64,000 bases of DNA from Felis catus (taxonomy: Eukaryota): positions 52,576,001-52,640,000 of the forward strand of contig NC_058368.1 of the NCBI RefSeq assembly GCF_018350175.1, given 5' to 3'. How positions within the stretch are numbered: position 1 is the stretch's first letter; each line of letters begins with the position of its first letter. The translations under genes were made by a program, and so were the position numbers. Below are positions 25,460-36,778 of the stretch, one piece after another. Below the pieces are notes generated by a model. The model ran no database searches. It worked only from the letters and a program-made list of their open reading frames with translations, and was not told where the DNA came from.

Positions 25460-27015
25460 ACTGCCACAGGCCAAAGCCCCCCAACTTAGGGGGCCCTTTA
25501 AACTCTTCACTTTCTGTATTTCCTCTTCAATTCTGTGTCTGTGAGCATACGTATAAACATGTATTTATTGAATATGGAAAGAAATATAACTAAAATGTAA
25601 ATGCCTCATGCCTTATCCCTAATCCAATAACTCCTCCCCTCAACCCCAAATGAATATTTTTATTATGTTTCCATTCAGATTCAAACAATTTCTGTGTGTC
25701 CAAAAGCTAACTCTGCGTCACATTTCATGGAAAAAAACCAAGCACATAAGACACACAGGAAACGTAGTAAGGATGCAAGTAATAACCAGCTTATGTTGAC
25801 CAAAAAGGTAACGAAGGATAAATAAAACAGAAAACTTAGGCCAAGATTAAAACACACCCAACGTAAGGAAGTTCTAGCTTCCAGTTGTTTGACAGCAGTG
25901 TCTACGAACTCTTCTTCAACATAAGTCAGAAATCTCACGATTTCACCCATTTGATCCCCACCTCATCCATCAAAAATTATACTGCCACTTCTAAAAAATA
26001 AGATCAATCATTGTCTGGAGCTTAGAACAAATGAGAAAAATGAAAGGAGATATTTTAAGCACCTAATATGCTTGAATTCATTTATTCGGCACTTTATACT
26101 TCAGGCTGACCCTGAAAACACACCCATGTCAGTGATTGTTATCCACACACCCACATGAGAACACTAAGATTAAGGAAACAGCAACTTGCCCAAAGTCGTA
26201 AGCAAGGGACAGAGGAAGGAAGACTTCCAATTCAGACCATCCGACTCAAAATCTCATATACATAACGCCCAGCCTTCATAAAGTGTTGTTTTTCTGTTTT
26301 AAGGGAATCAAAGGTAAAGGGAATTAATTTATGCCATTTTATATCTGAAAGTCTTCTAACCCTATCGCCTTACAATACTACTTATGCCATAGCCTGAAAA
26401 TCCCAATCAAGTGTAAGCAATCAAAAACTATAAACTATAAACTTTTATTTCATGAGACCCGAAACTTCAACTATCTCTCACTGATGAATATAATCTTTCA
26501 AAATAAAATGTCTCTAGGTCCATTTGATTCTAACAGTTTGGGGAAGTTACTAGAGGATTTTAAGCAGGAATGTTTCGTAATTCCTGAAAGCGAAAGATCA
26601 CATTAAGGACAAAAGGAGCAGTTCACAAAAGGACTGGCGGTCAGGGTGTGCACCCAGGACGATTCTGGAAAGATAAATTGATGGGAACACTGTGAAAAGC
26701 TTAATTTGCAGTCGTAAGGGGCTCCAACTTTGTCCTCGAGGCCATGGATGGAAAAAAGAAAAAAAGAAAGAAAAAGAAAACGCAAGGACTTTAAATTTTA
26801 TTTTAAATGAGGGAGTGTGGCATGCTCAGGTTTAACTTTTGAAAGGAAAACTCTGGTGGTAGAGAGGAAGGATTGGTGAGGACGGTCATGGGCAGCAGAG
26901 AAAGCACTCAGCAAGCTAAGGATTAGTTCTTGTAAAACGATTCAAATGAGGGCCACTGGCTGCAGGGTGGAAAGGAGAGAACAGTTTGGGGAAATACCTA
27001 GGGGAAGAATTTTTT

Positions 27016-27242
27016 ATTTTTTTTTTTTAATTTTTTTTTCAACGTTTATTTATTTTTGGGACAGAGAGAGACAGAGCATGAACGGGGGAGGGGCAGAGAG
27101 AGAGGGAGACACAGAATCTGAAACAGGCTCCAGGCTCTGAGCCATCAGCCCAGAGCCTGACGCGGGGCTCGAACTCACGGACCGCGAGATCGTGACCTGG
27201 CTGAAGTCGGACGCTTAACCGACTGCGCCACCCAGGTGCCCC
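27016..27242 (-). mobile_element. Young felid SINE (SINEC_Fc-like)
   Basis: Reverse complement of the near-consensus SINE; TSD GGGAAGAATTTTTT at 27002-27015 and 27245-27258. Confidence 0.98.
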
Positions 27243-27764
27243 ATGGGAAGAATTTTTTAAAATGGGTTGTGGTTGGGAGCTGAGAGGGTGGAGGCCATAG
27301 AGAATAGTTCTTGTGTTACAGAGAGGGGGGAGGGCCAGGTCTGAGGGGGAAGGCAACGCGTTCAGTCCGCGGCTCTTGAGTTGCTTTAGCAAAATGTACA
27401 GACATACAGGTGGGTGTCCCCAAGGCCTCTGAAAGTAAGAATCCAGGGCTCGCAGTGAATGTAGGTTCAATAACTGGCCGTGTATACTTTGCTCTGAAGA
27501 AAACCCCGGATGTCCGCAGGCCTTTGAAAACAGGAGCTGATTCTTTCCCTTCCATCTCTGTGTTCACATCACACACTGTCTTCCAGTTTCTCCCTCCATA
27601 CGTTAGAGGAGCCCCAGTGCAACTACAACCTCTCCGTCCCTGCACACTCTGCAGGATGCAGTAGCCAGAACACTATGAACACCTTTGTGATTTAAATACC
27701 TGGTCTGTGAGAGGAATACTTCAATCCTTTAAGTGTAAATAATCCCATTTATCTCAAAGATATG

Positions 27765-28240
27765 TTTCCGAGTGTTTATTATGGGCCAGGCACCGTGTTT
27801 GGTGCTAGGAACAGCAAGCGAAAACAAACACAAATCGGGCCCAAAGAACTTTCCAGTTAGTGGGAAGAGACAGACTCCAAGCAAATAACCCCACAGAGGA
27901 CGTCAGGGACCCTAAGAAGAGACGACACTTGGCGGTTCTGTGAGTGTGTGGAAGAGAGCTTTCCTGGAGAAACTTCTCCCAAGAAAGTGACGTTTGCACC
28001 CGACTTTGAAGGCTGAGCAGGAGATGGCTGGAGAACAGCACAGAAGAAACCCCAGTGGTGAGGAGCTGAGTGAGGCCCGCGGCCACACACAGGGAGGCGG
28101 GGGCGGGGGGCATGCTGAGAAGGTGCTGGAAGTGTGAGTGGGGCTTCAAGGCCTTATAACAAGTTCAGTCTTCAAAGCAAGAACAATGGGAAGCCCCTGG
28201 GTGTTGAGCAGATGACATGACCTGATTGTTGTTTTGGGAA
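27765..28240 (-). mobile_element. L2 3' fragment
   Basis: 'gagtgtttattatgggccaggcaccgtgtttggtgctaggaacagc' and 'caatgggaagcccctgggtgttgagcagatgacatgacctgat'. Confidence 0.7.
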
Positions 28241-29127
28241 ACCCATTTGGTGCACAACATAAAGGACAGATTGGCTCCCTTCTTGCCATGGTTAAAATGC
28301 GACCCGACGCCTCTCTTTGCCCAAATTGATTTTCTCGTCTGTTCATCTTAGCAGAATGCTTATAACCAGGCTCGGGCCAGGCTAGGGCAGACTTGGAAAC
28401 AATTCACATTCGTCCATATAAGATACAAGCCGCCATCCCCCTGGTCCTGGGGACACCACGGCAAGAGTTGTTCAACGGCGATGATGGAAGAGCTTACTGC
28501 TCCCAAATCCATGCCGAGGGGACAGTGTGCAACGAGAAAAATCAGTTCACTTGGGTTCTAGTTCTCTGACTGCCATTTTCTCAGTATAAAACCATGGGAA
28601 AGTCCTGTGAAATGTTCCCACTACAGACACCTCATCTTTCAAATGCAGAGCAAATGGACAGGCTCCCTTCTGCCCTCCTGGCTCTATTTAACAAATAATG
28701 AAGAAAGGGCAATTCTTAAGTCAAACCACTACCTTGTTCCACAAGCAAAGAAAAATGTGTTGATAACAACGAAATTTTCATGTCTCTGGATTCTGCACTT
28801 GAACATGTGGATAGAGATTCTAAAATGTAATACACTGGCCCTTTTCGGGATCTGTCATTTAAAACTGCACTCTTTACATGTGGAAATAAGTGCACACCCA
28901 CAGTCGCTTCTTCTGTCTATTATCTACCAAAAATACCTTGAAATCTGTCTTTGGGCTCCTAAAAATCCTGAAATAGGTGCACTGTTTCCTTTCCAGGTAA
29001 ACCAGGCTTGCAAATGATTAACAGCCGGAAATGGGATTGGTACTTTCTTCCACAATCTCAAGTCCATAAGGAATATGTAGCTAATTTAAGCTTCATTGTA
29101 TTAAATTGTAGAACACACCATAAAATA

Positions 29128-29603
29128 NNNNNNNNNNNNNNNNNNNNNNNNNNNNNNNNNNNNNNNNNNNNNNNNNNNNNNNNNNNNNNNNNNNNNNNNN
29201 NNNNNNNNNNNNNNNNNNNNNNNNNNNNNNNNNNNNNNNNNNNNNNNNNNNNNNNNNNNNNNNNNNNNNNNNNNNNNNNNNNNNNNNNNNNNNNNNNNNN
29301 NNNNNNNNNNNNNNNNNNNNNNNNNNNNNNNNNNNNNNNNNNNNNNNNNNNNNNNNNNNNNNNNNNNNNNNNNNNNNNNNNNNNNNNNNNNNNNNNNNNN
29401 NNNNNNNNNNNNNNNNNNNNNNNNNNNNNNNNNNNNNNNNNNNNNNNNNNNNNNNNNNNNNNNNNNNNNNNNNNNNNNNNNNNNNNNNNNNNNNNNNNNN
29501 NNNNNNNNNNNNNNNNNNNNNNNNNNNNNNNNNNNNNNNNNNNNNNNNNNNNNNNNNNNNNNNNNNNNNNNNNNNNNNNNNNNNNNNNNNNNNNNNNNNN
29601 NNN
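29128..29603. other. Assembly gap (476 N)
   Basis: N run. Confidence 1.
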
Positions 29604-30009
29604 TATGAGGTGGTCCTTGCAATTGTCCGGTGCTCTTTAATCAGAGGATAAAGGACAGTCAGAGATGAGGCAGAGTTTTTTAAGACATTTGGCAGAAGTC
29701 GTTGAAAAGCCACGCTCTTTACGGAAAAATGTTTAAACGGTATCAGCTGGAACACAAAGCGGCTTCATTTTAAATAATTTGCAGGGAGTTGGCTCATTGA
29801 CAGCGAGGATATTGGCATCTCCCAGTTATCCATTTTGTTAAAATGTCAGAACTGGTTTCAGCCATTTTGAAATTTTAAAGAAGGAAACCTCCATTTGAAA
29901 ACCCTCTTCTCTCAACTTCTAGACATTTAGACTGAACCATAATAAATTCCCAACACAAGAAAGCCAGTCCACATCCAGTCAGGAGCTTGGAGATCCTTAA
30001 GAAGAGGAC

Positions 30010-31237
30010 TTTTCTTAATAAGCATGTGGAAAGGCACTCAACATGTGTTGTCACCAAGGAAATGCAACTTCAAATGACACGGAGATACCACCGCACACCT
30101 TTTGGGATGACTCACATCCAACCAACTGACATCAATTGCTGGCAAGAATACTGTACAACAGGAATTCTCATTCACTGCTGGTGGAAATACAGCCACTTTG
30201 GAAGATAGTGTGGCAGTTCCTCACAATGCTAAGCTTGGTCTTAACCTATGATCTAGCATACAAATACCCTTGGGTATTTACTGAATTGATTTAAAAAATT
30301 GTGTCCATATAAAAACCTGCACACAATGTTTATATTAGCTATTGCCATATTCATCGAAAACTGGAAGCAACCAATATGACTTACAATAGATAAATAGGTA
30401 AATTATACATCCACACAATGGAATACTCTTCATCAGTAAGAAAGGTAATGAGCTGTCAAGCCCCACAAAGACATCAGTGAATGTTAACTACATATTATGA
30501 AGTGAACTAAGCAGTCTTTCAGGCTACATATTGTATGATTCTAGTTATAGGACATCCTGGAAAAAGGCAAAACATAGAAATACTGTAAAAAGATGAATGG
30601 TTACCAGGGATTTGGGGGTGGGAGAGTGTGAGGATTGAAGTGGTGAAGTTATCCAGCTATTAGGACAGTGAAACTATTCTGTATGATACTATAATGATGA
30701 ATGCACGACACCATGCATTTTTAGAATTTAGAACACTAAGTTATATTATATATAATACATAGAGAGAGAGATAAAGAGAGAGCACTTAATTATACAACTT
30801 AAAAAATCACTTAGGAGGTTGGAAGATGTCAGGATGAGATGCAAATGTGAAAAAGGAATCTAAGTGTACACACCAATGCATGAAATAACTTCACTGAAGG
30901 TGGTTGGGGGAAAACTGCTAAACCCAGTAACTTTCAAAATGAGTAGAGTCCGTAAGACTAAATGCAAAGCCCTATATATAAGCATTGTACTGTAATTGAT
31001 AAAGTTGTCTCCCACAAAGGTATAAGTTAACAACTCTGGACTCACTGTGCATGTATACAGAAGCTGAATAGTTAGGTAAATGGTGGATAGCGAGAGCCAA
31101 ATTCTCACTGTTGTAATAGAAAATTACAGATAAGCAGAGACTACAATGATCCATGTGGGAACAAATTAGAGTTAGATAAACAGTATAAATGTACATTTAG
31201 CTTAAATACAGACACAAGCAGCATGTATTATATATCT

Positions 31238-31272
<35 letters not shown>

Positions 31273-32360
31273 TATATATATATATGAACATACACATACA
31301 CACACATACATACACACAGGTTAGCATGCACATATGTATTTCCTCACTCTCTCAACTGAGAACTACTAGAATCAACTACACCCCACTAGCAATGAGCATA
31401 CCTAGAACCCAGATCTCAGTTTCTAATATTATTTTCCATTGAAAGAAAACAGAAATAACACAGGAAATACAGAAGATGAGACCGGTGCCTCCTGCAGTGC
31501 CAGGAAGTGAGGAAATGGTAAATATTTATTATATACATGTATTTAAAAACAAGTATATATATATATATATATATATAATATATTTTAATCCAAAATGTCT
31601 TATTTTATTTATAAAATAAGTAGCTATCATTCCATACTGAATAAGTAAGTAAATAAGGGAGAAAAGACAAATCTCCCATGCAGAAGAATTCCAAATAATT
31701 TATGTAGATACTCCACCTTCAAGGAGGCAGAGTATAACTTCCCATTCTTTAAATGGAGGCTACACTAAAAACTTCCTTCCTAAGAGTACAGTTTGAAAAG
31801 GGGAAAAAGGAAGCACCTTACAGCAGAGAAATGTGATAAACATTCCCTCAGCTAGGTGATGAACGGGAGTAACTCATATTGATAGTATGCACGCATGGTA
31901 TGCGATGAGAATGGCACTTTGCCTCTGTGGTCTTCCTCCCCAAATCATATGTCTCCAGTCTAATCCCAGTTGAGGGACATTCTATAAACACCTGACCAGT
32001 AGTCCTCAAAACTGTCAAGGTCATCAACAAGGAAAATCTGAGAATCTGTCTGTCACAGCCAAGAGGAGGCTAACGAGACATGATAACTAAATGTAATATT
32101 GTATCCTGGATGGGACCCTGGGGGAAAAAAAGGGGCATTATCTTAAAACTAAGGAAACCAAAAAAAAAACATGGACTACAGTAAATAATAATGTGTCAAC
32201 ATCGGTCCAGTGATTGTAACAAATGTACCCTACTAAGGTAGGATGCTACTAAGAGGGGAGATAGGTGAGAGGTATAAGAGAACTCTCTGCAGTATCTTTG
32301 AAATTTTTCTGTTGATCTAACAGTATTCCAAAATCAAAGATTTATTTAAAAAAAAAAAGC
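30010..32360 (+). mobile_element. L1MC/L1MD-type 3' end (about 2.3 kb) with internal (TA)n/(CA)n expansions
   Basis: 'cagccactttggaagatagtgtggcagttcc', 'cacagccaagaggaggctaacgagacatgataactaaatgtaatattgtatcctggatgggaccctgg', 3' end 'aactctctgcagtatcttt...ttccaaaatcaaagatttatttaaaaaaaaaa'. Confidence 0.9.
31227..31318 (+). repeat. Compound (TATATC)n/(TA)n/(CA)n microsatellite inside L1
   Basis: Read directly from the sequence. Confidence 0.9.
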
Positions 32361-32701
32361 TCTTTGTATATAAGCCTGAATTATTTCTTCCATTTCTCAA
32401 ACTGGCAGTCTAAATCAGAACAAGCAAACTGCTGAGTCTATCTTCTGATTTCGTTCCAGCACCAGAATAATTTCCATGCTCTTTTGAATTCAGCTAATAG
32501 CTCTGCATAGCCTCTCCCTTTTCCTGTGCATTATCCATTGAACAAGTTCCAAATCACTCTGCTGTGGAGTGGCCAAGGATCCCATTTGATGGATGGTCAT
32601 TTCACACACCTGTTTTGGGGTCTTTGATGGATGTGCTGGCATCTAATGTAACTTCTCCGAATAGGGGAGTGAGGAAAACATACATTTGTGCACGCTACAG
32701 T

Positions 32702-32897
32702 NNNNNNNNNNNNNNNNNNNNNNNNNNNNNNNNNNNNNNNNNNNNNNNNNNNNNNNNNNNNNNNNNNNNNNNNNNNNNNNNNNNNNNNNNNNNNNNNNNN
32801 NNNNNNNNNNNNNNNNNNNNNNNNNNNNNNNNNNNNNNNNNNNNNNNNNNNNNNNNNNNNNNNNNNNNNNNNNNNNNNNNNNNNNNNNNNNNNNNNN
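32702..32897. other. Assembly gap (196 N)
   Basis: N run. Confidence 1.
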
Positions 32898-34684
32898 TGC
32901 AGTGAAGCTTACTTGGGATTCTTCTCTTGTAAAAAGAAGTTTGGATCCAATGTATTTAACCAGCTGACCACCAACAGCTTTAGTGCACTCCTCTGCCTTT
33001 GGTTCTGTTCTTATAACCCTTCCTGCCAAAGTTCACCAAGATCTCAAATAGACAGACTCTCCTGAAATCTAGTGATGAAATGCCCAAGCACTTGGAGGCC
33101 AGACATGGGCTCTCATTTCAGACTTCTCATTTGCTCTGGACAAGTTATTTAACTTCTTAATGCTTTATTCTGCCCACCACCCCACATTAAATGGAAACAA
33201 TAATACTTGGCTGGCCTGTCTCATAGAGATATGGGAGAATCATGCATTCATTCAACAAATATTTCTTGAGGACCTACTACATTGCAGGCAATGTATAAGA
33301 ACTAGGAATGGAAAAGTCAAGGGGGAAAAACACAAAAATTGCTGCTCTTGTGAAACTCGGATTCTAGTAGAAAAAGAGAATAATAAAATAAAATATATAG
33401 TATTGTGATGGTTATAAGTGTAATTTAAAAAAAAAATAAACAGGAAAGAGGACAAGGACTCCTGGAAGGAGAAGTAATTTTAAATACGCTGACCAAAACA
33501 GGCCTCACTGAGAAAGGACATTTGATCAGCGACATCTGATTGAAGGTGAGCCATTCATGAGGGATAGCAGAAGAAAGAGAATTTCAGGACAGGGAAACAG
33601 CACATGTAAAGGCCCTGAGGCAGGAACAGACTGCAATGTTCAAAGTACAGCAAAAAGGCCAGTGCGTTGGAACAGAGGGGAGTAGTGGGAGGTAGTTAGA
33701 GATGAGGTCAGACAGGTAACCGAGAGGACGATCAGGTCTCATAGACCCTCATCTGCCATTGTCAAGACTTTTGTTTTCCTCTGAGATGGAGAGACATGGA
33801 AGATGGAGAGCCATTTTGAATAAGAAAATTATGTGATCTGTTTTATGCTTTAATTAGATTACTACAGGTAAAGAATAGATGCGGGTCAAAGGCATAAGGA
33901 AGACCAGTGAGTTAGCTATTGAAATAACCAACGGAAGAGATTGTGGTGGCTTGGGCCAGGATCCTGGCAGAAGAGGTATTAACAAGTGGCTGGATTCTCA
34001 ATATATGTTGAAGGTATAGCCAATAGAATTGTGATATTGGATGTGAGATATGAGAGAAAGAGAAGCATCTCTTTCCAAAATGTTCGTCTTGAACAACTGG
34101 AAGGACTAAGTTGCCAGTTACTGGCGCTGGGAATACAGTGTGAGAAACGACCTGGGTGGGGGGGGAGGGCAAGGACAGAAGCTCAGCACTGGAAATGCTA
34201 CATTTGATGTGCCCGTTAAACACCTAAATGAATGTTAAAAGTAGACAACTGGGCCTACAAGTCCACAGTGTAAAGGGAAAGTTAAAATTGAAGACAGAAA
34301 ATGTGTCAGTCCCCCGGGTGTGTCGGTACTTAAAGCAATGAGAGTGGCTGGGTCACCAAGTGAGTTGGAACAGTAAGGAAAGAGAAGAGGTCCTCCAAGG
34401 ATTCAGCTCCTTAAGGGGTAAAAAGAAGACAAGGGAACTGGCCAAGAGCTCCCCTGGAAGAGGCAAGCATTGAAAATGAAGCAAAAGATGAAGAGTATGG
34501 TGTGAGTGACTTAACATCTGAGGGAAGAAAGCGTATGGAGGAGGAGAGAATTATCTGCAGTAGGAAAGCTGTTGATAGGTCAAATAAGGTAAGGTCTGAG
34601 AATTGACTCTGGATTTAGTCGTGGAGGGCACTGTGACTTTATCTGGAGGCAGGCCGCAATTACTGTGGATTCAAGAGTAAATGG

Positions 34685-34826
34685 AAATTCCTGGTTTTGA
34701 TATTATGCTATGATTATGTAAGAGGTTAACATCAAGGGAGGCTACGTGGAGAGTGTGATGGGAATTCTCTGTACTATTTTTGTAGCTTCCCTGTATGTTC
34801 AAAATTGTTTCAGAATAGTAAGTTGG
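34685..34826 (+). mobile_element. Short L1M extreme 3' end inserted in L2
   Basis: 'aattcctggttttgatattatgctatgattatgtaagaggttaacatc...gggaattctctgtactatttttgtagcttccctgtatgttcaaaattgtttcagaat'. Confidence 0.8.
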
Positions 34827-35051
34827 GGGGCGCCTGGGTGGCGCAGTCGGTTAAGCGTCCGACTTCAGCCAGGTCACAATCTTGCGGTCCGTGAGTTCGA
34901 GCCCCGCGTCAGGCTCTGGGCTGATGGCTTGGAGCCTGGAGCCTGGAGCCTGTTTCCGATTCTGTGTCTCCCTCTCTCTCTGCCCCTCCCCCGTTCATGC
35001 TCTGTCTCTCTCTGTCCCAAAAATAAATGAACGTTGAAAAAAAAAAAAAAA
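34827..35051 (+). mobile_element. Young felid SINE (SINEC_Fc-like)
   Basis: Near-consensus sequence; TSD CAGAATAGTAAGTTGG at 34811-34826 and 35052-35067; one extra internal GGAGCCT unit. Confidence 0.98.
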
Positions 35052-36556
35052 CAGAATAGTAAGTTGGGAAAAGTACACAGGAAGAGAGTAATTGGAGGCA
35101 GTGGTGGAGGCAACTCTTTCATGGAATTTTCCTGAAAAGGTGAGAAAAAAACAAATGGTAGCTTAAGGAGGAAACGGGGTCAAAAAAGCTTTCTGGTTTG
35201 TTGAGTTTGGTTTCTGTTTCTTTTAAGTAAAGAGAAACAACACCATGCCTGTAGGCCCGTGGGAATCATCTGATAGAAAGATAAAAACTGACCACGCTGG
35301 CAAGAGTTATTTCTGCAGCACTGTCTGTCCTTGAGGAGGAAAAATGGGCTGCAACCTTGCTTCCTGTCCCACCTGCATTGAGGTAGATGAGCAATGCTGT
35401 CTGATTGCTTCAGACATCTCACTGAGGAAAGAAGCGGGGTCACAGATGAGGGAGAGGATGGCGGCAGAGGTGCAGAAGCGTTGGAGTTTTGGAGAGAGGG
35501 GAAAAGAGTGAGCCGGTCACCTAGAGAGAGCGGGGGGGTGGGGGGAGGATGGGTGATAGCATCTGAGACTCTGGAAAGTGAGTAACATGCGTATAAGGAA
35601 GAAAGCCTGGGACCTGGGGGTGCTGGGGTGAACCGGCTGATAGTCTACTCATCTCTCTTCTGACCGGTAGCAATAGCAGTAACTCCAATTGACAGACAGG
35701 CCATGCCAAGGGAAGTTCCTGGGGCCTGGACACAGCCCGAGTCTGTAGTTTTAGTACCACTGCTAACGCTTACCAAAATCTTCACACACCTCATGTTGAA
35801 CAACCTCCCTTCAGAATTCTCTTCGCTGCCGTGAAGCAGAAGTCAGATTATGTTGCTCCAACATTCCCCTGTTGGAGCCGACCATGCTACATATCACAGA
35901 GGTATGCATTGAATTATACACTTTTCAAACATATAACTTGTTTAAGTAGTGACTTTAAGGATAGAAAAAAACAAGAGAAGAGCTGAAAAAAAAAATGGAA
36001 GAAGTTCTATCTTCAGTTGACCAAGTGGCTGCCCTGTGATATTAAGTGCCCCTGTTAATTTCACAGGAAGGGCGTGCTTCCCCATCTAGCAGGCCTCGCC
36101 TCAGAAGTAGGGTTAGAAAAGAGAAGCATCCCAGGAGAATCGTCTGTCTCCACACAGCAGTCCAAGGGAAGACTCCTAATTGAGTGACATTTCAACCAAC
36201 GGTCAAGAAGGATAGTCACTGCCTACCTAATAAAGTCCCTTGATCTTCAAGCTGGTTCCTGACCCTTGAGGGTGTGAGGGTCCTCAAGTTTCCTGGGCTA
36301 CTGACTGAATGTCTCCCGCAGAGATTATCCAGGTTAAGCGAAGTTTCTACCCCAGAGATCCCAACGCCCATCCCCACCTGCTCAGAACAGCCTCCTGGAG
36401 TCTGGTTCTTTCTGTCAAAGATTCAGAGTAAGTGTGTTTCTCACAACTGTAAGAGACAGTGAGAGGGTACTTTCTTTTTTTCCTCACCGTTTAATTTCCA
36501 CCAAATTCTGTCTGTACTTTGTGCGAGGCCTTCAGTCTTTGTTAGTATCCTGGTTT

Positions 36557-36778
36557 TGTTTTTTGTTTTGTTTTGTTTTGTTTTTAATGTTTATTTTATT
36601 TATTTTTGTTAATGCAAAATTTATTGTCAAATTGGTTTCCCTACTACACCCAGTGCTCATCCCAACAGGTGCCCTCCTCAATGTCATACAGAGAGAGACA
36701 GATACCATACGTTTTCACTCTTATGTGGATCCTGAGAAACTTAAAAGAAGACCATGGGGGAGGGGAAGGAAAAAAAAA
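36557..36778 (-). mobile_element. Felid L1 3' end, 5'-truncated and 5'-inverted
   Basis: 13-bp TSD AGTATCCTGGTTT at 36544-36556 and 36779-36791. 36609-36683 is the antisense felid L1 terminus; 36684-36778 is sense-orientation L1 ORF2-end/3' UTR sequence. Confidence 0.88.

Larger units (their letters stand above)
33243..35420 (-). mobile_element. Long L2 fragment, interrupted by a nested L1 and SINE
   Basis: Starts 'cattcattcaacaaatatttcttgaggacctac'; includes 'agcacatgtaaaggccctgaggcaggaac' and 'ggtcaaataaggtaaggtctgagaattgactctggatttag'; resumes about 35080 'aattggaggcagtggtggaggcaactcttt'. Confidence 0.85.

Noticed and set aside
28346-28561. Open frame QNAYNQARARLGQTWKQF... after a CAG acceptor-like site
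   Set aside because: No recognisable homology, no convincing donor, and it runs into a stop codon.
29008-29755. The longest ORFs (173-220 aa) and similar ones at 3653-4120, 32564-33065 and 41697-42118
   Set aside because: Their length comes from reading through N gaps.
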